Source: Lytechinus pictus (lineage: Eukaryota). Taken from it: a stretch of DNA of 64,000 nt. Positions within the stretch are counted from its first letter, which is position 1. Every line of letters begins with the position of its first letter. Below, in pieces: positions 51,506-63,500 of this stretch. The notes under the pieces were generated by a model. That model saw only the letters and a program-made list of their open reading frames with translations. It did not search any database and was not told the origin of the DNA. Both the position numbers and the translations under genes were made by a program. Where the stretch lies: positions 16,990,001-17,054,000 of the forward strand of contig NC_087252.1 of NCBI RefSeq assembly GCF_037042905.1. Reading direction: 5' to 3'.

Positions 51506-54500
51506 GGGGGGGGGGCGGTGCCTTGCATGCGTGTGTATATAAGAACAATGGAAAACTCGTCTGTGCCCCCCCCCCGGCACCTTTTAGGACAGATTTCAGC
51601 CCATGTCAGCACTCCTATGCACTGAAAATTTTTTATTATCAATAATAATAATATATAATGATAGTAATAACAACAACAATAATAATGAGTGTTATTATTA
51701 TCATTAGTAGTAGTAGTAGTAGTAGTATAGTAGTAGTAGAGTCATTTTATTATCAATATTTCATCATTATCAATATGCACAATACTGTGTTGTGCATATA
51801 TTATCCGTTTGTAGGATACCAAATGATCGTATACTCACCTCAATGTGATATTATGTTAATTGATTGATCACACGATATTAGAATATTTTATTTATAGGAT
51901 GTTACTTGATGGGCCGACCTTCTGCAAGGCTTTCCCATACCACGTGGTCTTCAACAGTGATCTTATCATCATGCACGCAGGAATCAAGGTATCCCCTAGT
52001 CTAGATCTAGACGTTAGTAGTTATTTCTTCGGAGAACCCGACACTCATTCATTGCATTTTTTATACACTGTTGGTCATAAAGGTGGAATATTTTTTTTCA
52101 CCAAATTTTCACAGCGTAATTATTACAACATGATTTGAATATGGCATTTATGGTGCATGATGACCACTTTACTTTATTATTCTGCCTTTTACACACGCTT
52201 GACAGTGATATTTTACAAGTTTATGTCCTAAGCGATGGATGTCATGAGCATAGAACAACAATGACGACAATATAGGCCCTACAGTAAATTAAATGATCAT
52301 AAGATATTTATTTTCAATCTCTCTCAGTTTTCCAGATGACTTCTTTTTTGTGATTTCATGGACAAATTTGCATCAAACTTGAGTCATTGTTCTTACTCAG
52401 TCACTAGTATCGGGTATGTCCACCCCTGGCACGAACCAGCGCATGCAGACGTCGTGGCATGCTGTCCACTAGCTTGTTGATGACGTCAACAGGCATAGCA
52501 TCCCATTCTTCCCTCAGAGCATCTGCCAACTCCTGCAGATTTTGAGGAATGACCTCTCTGTCGTTGATGGCTCGGCCTAGCGCATCCCATGCATGCTCTA
52601 TGGGGTTCATATCCGGCGAACAAGCTGGCCATGGCAACTGTACGACGCCCTCTGCCTCCAGGAATTCCCTTACTGCAGCGGCCCTGTGCGGTCTAGCGTT
52701 GTCATCCTGCAGTCGGAAATTGTGCCCATACACTCGTCTTGCATATGGAAGACAGTGGAACTCCAAGATATCCCTGTAGGCGGCGGCGTTGATGTTTCCG
52801 TCCGGAACCACCAGTGGCGTTTTCCCTCCATAATGGATGCCGGCCCATATCATCACTGAGCCGCCTCCGCCTTGAGTCGTCTCGTGGATACATTCATCGC
52901 GAAGGTTTTTCCCGGCTAATCGACGGACTCGTTGTCTCCCATCCTTTCGGTCAAGGATGAACCGGCTCTCGTCCGTGAAGACCACATGTTGCCAATGTCC
53001 TGGATGAAGCCTTCTGTGCTCCCTAGCCCAAAGAAGACGAGCTACTATGTGGCGAACAGACAGGCGTGGACATTTGGTCAACCAGCGTGCTCGGTAACCA
53101 TGTTGGAGCAATCTGCGATGAACGGTTGACCGGGAAACGTTGATCCCATGATATCTCCACAAGCGACGAAGACGGCTCGTATGGGCAATTTCCGGTTTCT
53201 GTGGCTGAAATTCAACAGTTGGCGATCATCTCTTCTTGTGGTCAATCTGGGACGTCCTGGAGATTTCCGTGGCCGCACATTCCCCGCCTTACGTTGACGT
53301 TTCAGGATCTTTGAGACTGCACTCTGTGATATCCCTAGGACTTCTGTGATATCAGTCTGCTTGTAGCCCTCCTGTCGCAGTGCTACCACTCTCTCGCGTG
53401 TTTCTGTTGCCGTTGGACCAGGCATAGTCCAGGGAACGTCTCTACCGATTTTTATTTCAAACGGTACAAGGAACTCAAAAAAATGCAACCTTCTTATACA
53501 CAGTGCTAAATCAGGGAAAGGGACAGAATATCATATGCATATCCTTTTATAGTCTACAACAAAAGAATTTATTACGTAATCCAAATTTCTCATGTTATAA
53601 TTTCACCTATGTAATTGGGAAACATTATGTAATCACTCAATTACCATTTTGTCTACGCGTAGCCTTTCAAATACCAACAAAACTGTCGATTTTTATTCAA
53701 AAATATTTTATTCCACCTTTATGACCAACAGTGTATATGGTAGGCCCTCCACGCTATTCCAGTGTTCCCTCTTTTCAAAAAAGATGAAAAGAAGACAGAC
53801 TCAGGTGTATTGTTGTGTATACTGAACTGATCAAACTTTTAAAAGGGCATTGTTCTTTCAACTCAAGTAAAACCGAACAAAGAAGCCTCAGGAAATTAAC
53901 ATCAAAATTTTAAATGACTGGAACAATCACGCAGCAACACACAAATCCCCCGGGGATATCCTGGTACGCGGGAAATAATCTGAACACGGCGTGTATCGTG
54001 TATCTGTGGTGTTTCTCACACAGATCCCACACTTGTTTAAACTGTTTAAACAAGTACTGCAAGGAAAATAAATAGCGTTTCTACCGTTTTTTTGTTTCTC
54101 TATCATACCGTGTAACTCTATCATGCCATTATAATCTAATTGATAAAACAACATTTATATTATACAAATAATGCATGCAGCCGAGTGCGTTTAATAGTGG
54201 AAATGCAGAGCACGCGAGGTTTCTTTAGATAGGTGCCGCACTGTGCGCGAGCCGCTTGCGGCGAGTGCCCAGTGTGCTCCATCTGAAGAAACCGAGCTTT
54301 CTCTGCATTTACTTTTACGCACGACAGAGCAAGTGTATTATTTGTTTTATAAAATAGCAACACAGAAACAAATTTTTAAAAACTTACAGTACAGTTTTGT
54401 TGGACTTTTACCGCACTGGTTTACTTGAGCGTGCAATGTCAATTTTCTTTGCGCCCCTTTTGCACTGCCGTGCAGTGCACAAAAAGTTGGATGTCATGTG

Positions 54501-57500
54501 ACGCGTATTGGCCAATCGCGATGCTTGAAATAATACACCTATTTTATAACACATTTTGCTTTAATACACTAGACCCACCCCAACGATATACTCTGACGCC
54601 CCCTCCCTGGGGTGGACAATTTATAACCCCTCTATTGCGACAAGCTTTATTTATCTCTCTTCGATGTAACGTAGAATGAAGAAAACCATGTTTTCAACTT
54701 TACTAAGAAATAAAGCGTATAGCAATTCAGACAATTTCCTATAAAACAAATATGCAGGATTTCCCTTTTTCTTTTTCTTTTATTTTTCATTATTTCTTTT
54801 TCCCTCTACTTTTATTTATTTTAATTCAGCTGCAAGAACTTTGCCCACGTGCCTCAGTAGACAATACAAACCTTGGTGACGTCATACAGCTCAACCATCC
54901 TGAGATTGAACTTACGGCACAGAACATTCGCTTGTTCATTGACATGATCTTCATGGTGTCTTTGAAGCAATTAAAAAGGAAAAATCAGTGCCTGTCTATG
55001 AGAGGTACATGAATGAATCATTTATTGATTAGAACATAATGTCTAACGATGCGAAAAACACTGAATAAAGAAAAAAAGAAGGGAAATTTTCCAAAACTTT
55101 GTGACCGAAAAAAAGCAAAACTGTATTTTATCTGATTGGATAACTTTTTCAAGTTAGGAAGTAATGAAATAATTTAGAACTATTCGTCGCCCGCCGGAAT
55201 TTAATTGAAAATGAAATTATTAAATAAAATACCATTTAGTTTCTGATTATTAATTCAAATTCTATTAGAATTTTTTTTTCGCTTGCTTTGCTCCCTCGTA
55301 CCTTATTATAAATATTGTCCCATATACGCCATATGCCTCGACTTTCATGGCTTCATTACGCTACTTATTTATGTCCACTAGTTGAATAAGATAGCAAACG
55401 ATATATAGGCCTACATTATTCATGTTATTAAAGGCGTATTATATCAGTATATACATTGCAATTATCTGCGAGAATATTTAATAAATTTCTCTTCCCTTTT
55501 CTTGCATTTCCAGGGCAGATGGTTGAAATGAAAAAGAGTGGTCTTTTCGTCTTTTTGTCATCCCCCGTTCTGACGTCACTAACTGAGCTACATGCAAAAA
55601 ACATGCATTTCTCTGATATTGCACCTCATGACGTCACACGAGATCTGATTCTCTTTAACCAGCAACGTATAGTAGAGGTAAGATATCAAATGTTAATTCT
55701 CCTCGGATTTGTTTAAAGGTGTGTGATATCAGTAAGATTTTACTCAAAGAAAGCGTAATGTTATCCGGTTACACTTCGTAATTTCGAAGTTTCGTAATTC
55801 CGAAACACGTAAATTGCCTATACTTCGATGTTCATTAATCCGAAAACGTAAAAGGGTTCATTAATCCGAACATTTGTGGCGTTAATATTCCGAAGGTTCG
55901 TTAATGCGAAAAAAATAAGGTTCGATGTTCCGAAGGTTCGTTAATCCGAAAACGAAATAAGGTTCGTTGTTCCGAAGGTTCGTTAATCCAAAAAGAAAAT
56001 AAGGTTCGTTAATCATTTCGTTTTCGGACTAACGAACCTTCGGAATTACGAACCTTCGGAATAACGAAGCTTCGGAATTACGAATGTATGCGATGTTATC
56101 CAGGCAAGAGGGAAAACTAGGAAAAAGAGTGTGATACGCTTTCTTTCTTTCTTTCTTTTTGTGTTTGTTTTTTGGGGCTTTTATTTATTTTTAAAAGAGA
56201 TGTAGTGCACTTGAAATACAGCTCTTAATCAGATCATTGTTTTGAAATAGACGGTGGTGGTTGTGATGGATTTGATCATCATAATGTAGTGATAGTGATG
56301 AAGATAAAAATTATTTCTTTTATTTCCCAATAGCTTTGGAGGTAACGATGGAAATATTTTCAAATGATAAGATGCAATGATTGTGGATTCTCAATACGGT
56401 CCAATAATAGTTTTGTAAGTCTCCTAAGCTTAACCTTTTCAAAAGTGTTGACCACGGTTTCCCCTAATGATGGGGACCCTGCATAGTCAGTTGCTTCATT
56501 AATTCGTAAGAATACCTGTTGCTAGTGCTACTCTTGATAGTGATGGTTCTGATGATACTAATATGACAATTGTAATTAATAATTATATCAAAATTAAAAG
56601 AAAACCGCTCTTGTTTAGCGCTTTATATCTTAACGACGTCTCCATTTTTAGTGCTTTCCATATTAATGTATACATGTTTACACTGGGCATCGGATCCCAG
56701 CTAACCCACATGCTGACACGACATTTGCTTTGGTCTTAATTTCTCAGAGGGCATGAGTTAGAGTTAGGATTGTAATATAATTTTTTGGTTAAGGGGCCCG
56801 TTTCATAAAGGACTTGCAACTGTTGAAACTTTGCCATTACGGCAACTACCATGATAACCTTAATTATGATTGGCTGCTGAGCCATGTTACCATGGTAGTT
56901 GCCATAATGGCAAAGTTTCAACAGTTGCAAGGAGGAAGGATTATTTATTTTTGGGGGTTAGATCATGGAGCTAGTACAGACCCATGATTAAATTTTATGT
57001 TTTGCTTAACGTGTAGATTTTTCCATCGGAGCAATTGTCGCTGGAGCAAATGTCATGAAACAGTCCGTACACAATGCATCCACTTTCTCCATTCCCTTTC
57101 CAAAATCATGCGGTTCTCACCCTATCGGAACCCCTTTAAATACCGCCCTGGGCTAGGTGGAGCTAAACAACAAAAACTGTGGTGTTAACCGGTGTACATA
57201 GAGGACCACGCCAGTTATTTTACACCGGTGTTAAATTGGCGGTGTTAGTTTTACACCTATAGGTGTTATTACAACACCTATGGTTGTTACATTTACACTC
57301 TTTGGTGTTATGTTCAATCTCTAGGGTGTTATTTTAACACCTCAGGGTGTGGTCCTCTAATAACACCAATTGGTGTCAGTTTTAACACCACAGTTTTTAC
57401 AGTGTAGGCAAAGGCTAAGTTTCACCGTGCCATTTGACATGTTTGAAGGACGCAAAGTTCCCGGCGAGATTTGAACACACGACCGTCGGATTACCAGGCG

Positions 57501-60500
57501 AAAGTCGAGAACCTATCCCGCATGACAATAGGGGTACCCTCGCTGTAGTGAGTTATAAGTCGAGGGAAGGACCTAAAAATAACTCCTCATGGCACCTTTT
57601 TAAGCTTCCTTTCAAGAATACAGGTAAAGATTTTATAATGTATCATGTTGTTTTTTCATCCCCTCCCCTCGTTCCAGGTGGAACTCGCCAAAGAATTAGA
57701 ACAGAAGAAAGAGGAGCTCCGGACGTTAATGAGAGACTTAGCAGCTGAGAAGAAAAAGACAGATAGTCTGCTATTCTCTATGCTGCCAAAAGAGGTCGCC
57801 AACGACCTGAGAGAAGGAAGACATGTTCAAGCCGGTAAATGCATCAATACATGGATTATTTATACTGGCTTATACTCACCTGGGGCCCCGTCTTACAAAG
57901 AGTTGCGATTGATCCGTTCGATCGCAACTATGGAAAGCCAGCAACGTCAACATCTAAAATACATTTTTGTTCGAAATAATTACTAGAAATGATATATATC
58001 CATACGTTATCTGTTTTCTTGACAATTCAGTATGCTCCTTTTTGTTTTCAAAGGACATCAAACGAATTTTGAAAAGTAAAAAATATGACATTGTTGGAGT
58101 TCCATTATACTTGAGATTGATCGGATCAATCGTAACTCTTTGTAACACGGGGCCCTGGTCTACAACCCCTTGGTCTGCTCCTCAGATAGTCTGATACCAA
58201 GTATGGACCAAACACATTTCGTCTACTAACAATTTAGTCTAATTTCACCCTCCACGGTCCGTCGCCATGTGATCTTGGGTCGACCTCGCGTTCCCCCTCC
58301 TTATTGGGTCAACTGCTGCAGTGCTGTCACTGTTATGTCATTCGCTTACACAACTCCTACTCCTATTTCAGAGTGCATCTTCCATACTTTCTTCTTGGCA
58401 TCTTTCATAATATGCCTTTCTTCATTATTGTTTTAGGCCAGAATATACGAAGTATGCGTCTTAAAGTTTGGGTATGAAATCCTAAAGAGTGCATTTTAAG
58501 CAGACAGACTAGGTGGTGTTCGGGGGGATACCATGCGCGACCAAAAAAAAAAAAAAAAAACGTAAAAGGATGTCTTTTTCAAGATAGGGCACGTTACGTA
58601 CATGTACGTAACGTGATAAGGGTGTCAAAAACACACAAATAATGAAAAAAGGGTATCTATTTCGCTCGGAAAAATATACGTGCTTAGGGTCAAAATATGC
58701 GGGGATGATAAAACGAAATCAAAATGTTTTATAAATGTTTTATAAAGGATGTTTTGCCCCAACACTACATGTTTAGAGTCCGATTTGCGCGAATTGTGGA
58801 AGGTGGGACCGTACTAAACCAAAATAATGGTGTGTAAAGGTAAAACCGACGACCGATGGACCCGTGACATAACAATAAAATATCGCTGTACTTGTTTAGG
58901 GGTTCATTTCAGGGAATGCTTGCCAAGAGTATAATTTTGTTTCCAATATCTGTTAAGGGTAGGGTTTCACACGCCAATACCTGTCAAGGGATGCATTTTC
59001 AGAATATGGAAAATACGTGTTTAGGGTGCTTTTTAAGACCCCATGGTCATGCATGGTATCCACTCGTCAATGGAAGTTGACCTCCGGGGTTAGACCTGGT
59101 GGATTTTTACACGAATTGAATACAACTTAACAGAAAATCAGACGAAAGAAGGAAGACGAAATGAAAGCCAAACAATAGGACATTTGACCTTATTTACGAC
59201 CCCTATACCAATATTAAAAGGCAATACAGATTCTGTTCCACATGCAGATGCCGTCGATTTCATTGGGCATCATGAAAGTAAGAACAATTGTACAGAATGA
59301 TATTCAAGTATGTTTTCTTTAATCAGCTATTTGCAACAAGCAAAGGGGATACCTGATAACATCTTCCCATGAAAGGAAATAAAAAGTTTACATATTAATA
59401 TGGTTCTGTTATTCTTTTACGAATTTCTAATCAAGCCCCCATCAACTCCTCCATTGCATGCAGTCAGGCTCTTATATATCTGCTTTTAATGCTGCTCAGT
59501 TATCTTGAGGGTTATTTTCCCCTTTGACCTGACATATCCACAGACAGAAATAAATATTCCCTACACATATTGCAAAAGAAATGTTCAACTAAAAGCCAAA
59601 TTAATATTTTTCTCTCTGATTTGCATTCTTTAGGTGAATACCCTGAGGTAACCGTCATGTTTAGTGATGTCGTCAGGTTCACCGATATGTGCTCCCAGTG
59701 TCAACCCATTCAAGTCGTACACTTCTTAAATGAAATGTATAGCATGTTCGACAAATTAACGACTGTCAATGGAGTCTATAAGGTGAAGACTACACCCTTG
59801 AATATGGGCGGCGCCACAAATAGGGAGGGAAGCGCGCACGGTATAAGAAGAAAAAAAAAGAATAATAATGAATAAGTAATGATGATATTAGAAAATAAAA
59901 TCTCAGAAATTTCCTCACAAATACTGTATCTACCAAAGTGACCAAAACACACTTGCCAATGTTTACTTTTGAAGAGAAAGCTTTACACTTCATGCTATCT
60001 CACTATTTTCCGATACAGCATGTACAGGAGGGAAAACTGGGTAGGAATTTTCAAAAAAATATTTACAGCGTTTCTTTGTAAGTCAATGTAAACCTTTTAT
60101 GGCTGAAAATTTTAATGTATGACAAATCATTGCAGTTGATATTTTACCATTTGAGCAACGTGTGTCATTATTGTGTGCAACTTTATGGTGGTCTATCGGT
60201 TCCCATGATCACTGCAAATGGTGTACCTCATGAGTACTTATTGAGCCCGCTTTTATTTTGTTATTTATTTTTAAATGCGTTATGAGACTGGCCATCTGAT
60301 TTGTTAATTTCCCTTATTCTTAAAACAGTTGGTGGTGCCTAAATGATTCAAGGTTCTTTACCGTTCCCAGATCAATATCTTTCAAATGAATTTCCAATTC
60401 AAAATGGCGTACCACAGGAGTCTATATTGGGCCCGCTTTTTTTTTGTTATATTAATAAATGGGTTTTAAGAGTGATGGTTTAAAAAGTTACTTTCTCTTA

Positions 60501-63500
60501 ATCTTAGTGATAATGTTTTAGGTTGAAAAGATCGGTGATGAATACATGGTTGGAGGTGGTTTACCAATTCCTGTTCAATATCTTTCAAATGAATCCAATT
60601 TCAAATGTTTCACCACAGGATTCTATATTGGGTCCGCTTCTTTTTTTTTTTCAAAAATGGGTTGTAAGAGTGGTGGGTCAATATGTTTCTTTCTATAATT
60701 GTTAATGATAATCATATAGATTGAAATAATCGGCGATACTTTCATGGTTTATGATGGTTAAACAGTTCTAGGTTCAACATATCCTTTTCATATCAATTTG
60801 CATTTTCAAAAGGTGTACCATATGGTTCTATATTGGGTCTGCTTCTTTTCGTTATATTTACAAGTGGTTTATAAGAATGGACATTAAACATGTTACCCCT
60901 CTCTCTTTCTCTTAGGTTGAAACAATCGGTGATGCCTACATGGTTGCAGGAGGCTTACCCTTGCCCAGTTCAACACACGCTGCACGCGTTGTATCGTTCG
61001 GTCTTGACACCCTTGAGGTGATCCCCAAGCTACAATCACCGGTATCGGATCACGAGGTCCAGGTTTGTTAACCCGTCAGCTACTGAATTCTGTAATTCAC
61101 ATAGCATTTGTATGGGGACCAGCCACTTTTAGTACCCAATGGTATAATAGATCTGCAGGCTGATGTACGTATTGTACGTCAGCATATAGGGGGCAGCCAG
61201 TACACTTGCAATTGATGCTTGCGCATGCGCTGGGTCACAAGCAGATAATAATATTGCGACGTGCTTAAGCAACAATTCCAGTACTCAACCTGTAAATCGG
61301 AAACATCCCTGCCCTGCTTACTAAACCTGCTGATAGGTAGTCGCTTTTGCACATACTGTCATTACATCATCCCATAGTTGTTGACTGGAAATAAACGAAA
61401 TGAAAGGATTGTAGTAGTCTCAATATTCAGACACTCCACATAAACTGTTTTTAAAATACATTTTTTACTTACTTCTTGTGTTTGTTCTAATACCCGCATT
61501 TTCATTTGTATATCTTTGGGTAAGTTTGTTTTGACACTGCCCAAAATCTTTTTGGGGAAGAAAGAATGTTATCTAACAGACAGAAAACTGATAAATATTC
61601 ATTGTGGTTAATTACAGATCCGTATTGGTACACATACGGGACCAGTTGTTGCCGGGGTGGTAGGACAAAAAATGCCGAGGTACTGTTTATTTGGTGACAC
61701 AGTGAACACAGCATCTCGTATGGAAAGTCATGGTTCTCCGGGAAAGATTCACGCAAGCCATGAAGTTGTGAAGTAAGTACTTCTAAAAAAAAATAAATTT
61801 ACATCACAGTTCTCGATCAACTATCATAATTTTTTGATCAACAAGTCTTTCTGTTTCTTTTGGGGGAAATCAATATGTGAGCGCAGAGTTTCGTAATCAT
61901 ATCTCTAACAAAATGTGGATAATATGTCTGCTACATGTGTTCTGTAAACTTGATATGGACCTCTGCTAAAGTTTTTATTAGAATGCAGAAATGCGTGCAC
62001 ACGTGATAAAAGGGTTCTCAAGGAGTTCTATGCTCGTCGCATATTTGGAACCGCTAAAGGTTCTTTAAAAGATTTATATTACCTTAAACAGCCACTTAAG
62101 AGCCATTTTGGTTCTTAGGCACGTAAAGAGCCTTTTTGTGAACTCTTGTTCTCAATGGTTCCGAGTATAAGGGGGATAAGGGTTCAAAATCACACTTTTT
62201 TCTAAGAGTGTAGTACAAGACATACAAAAGTGATGACGTCATACTTCGGTGTCAAAACAAGGGTAATGAGACATTTGCCCTTATGCCAAATGGTCCTCCG
62301 CTAATTACTCTGAAGATACAGGCCAGGGTTGGAGTTGAGATAGAGTTTTGGTATATACAGATCAGGATTAGGATTGATGTTGAGGTAACGTTTGAAGCTC
62401 ACGTTTGGCCTATGTGCATATTCAGAAGGACATTGTCGCAGAAGCAGATGCCATGGATGGAACCTTATAAGTGACAAGCGAAACGTTTATTTTTTAATAT
62501 AACAGATCCATTTCTGATGACGATCGATTCCATGCAGAAATCAGGGGAGATGTTTTCATCAAAGGGAAGGGAAAGATGGATACATACTTCATAATGCGCT
62601 CATCCTCAAAACCTACTACCTCATCGACGTCATCTGTCAGCAATCAACTTTCTATTATGACGTCATCATCATCAAGAGAAGGTAAAATAACCAGGTTATA
62701 CTTTGTTTGAGATTGATTATTGTAGAGTTCGTGTCGACTTCAAAGGGCGTTATTAGATACAAAATAACGACTGGTTTTTTATAAGCCTTATACCAGTATA
62801 ATGTGGACCGCTTATTTGTAGTTAGGTAACCGCTGCGCATGGACGGAATATGCACGGTTTTTTTTTATTGGGAATCAAGCACGTATTAAAAGTGCGAGAC
62901 AGATAAACCGGGTTTTGTTTCTGGTCTTGTACCAGTTGAGACCTTACTTACTTTTTGATGAGTCCGGATCGAGTCCTTGCGACAGATCGACAGGAAGATA
63001 ATGAATATTGTAATGGCGATGATGTTAATAGAGAGTTTTCGCATTAATTACTACGGAGACACTTTCTACAACGCATCGATTCTTTTCAAAATGCAATTAA
63101 AATCACAATGGAGAGCTGAAAGGCTTTTGTCGAGAGTATGTGGACTGTGAGAGTCAGTAGATCATCCAAAGATTTGCAATATGGCGTTGTCCAGAGTCAA
63201 GAGATGTCTGTCCCGGTACACCAACTTTTGACAAAAGCCTCTCAGCTCCCCATGGTGATTTGACTTACAATTCAAAGAAACCGGTGTTTTGTCGAGAGTG
63301 TCTCCGTAGTATAAAATGTGGAAAGTTCAGAATGACGATATCGATGACAGCGATGATTTGATACAATGATGATGATGATGATGATAATATGGTGCTGGTA
63401 GTTGTGACAACGAAGACAGTGATGATCTTACTGCAGGTGATGACTAAAGCGATCATAATAATGGTGATCAAGAAAGATGCTGTTGATAACGTCAATGATG

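Noticed and set aside
55766..56092. Regularly repeated ~25-30 bp motifs resembling a CRISPR array
   Set aside because: Eukaryotic intron, spacers not unique, inverted arrangement with an 8-bp TSD, no cas genes; it is a MITE.
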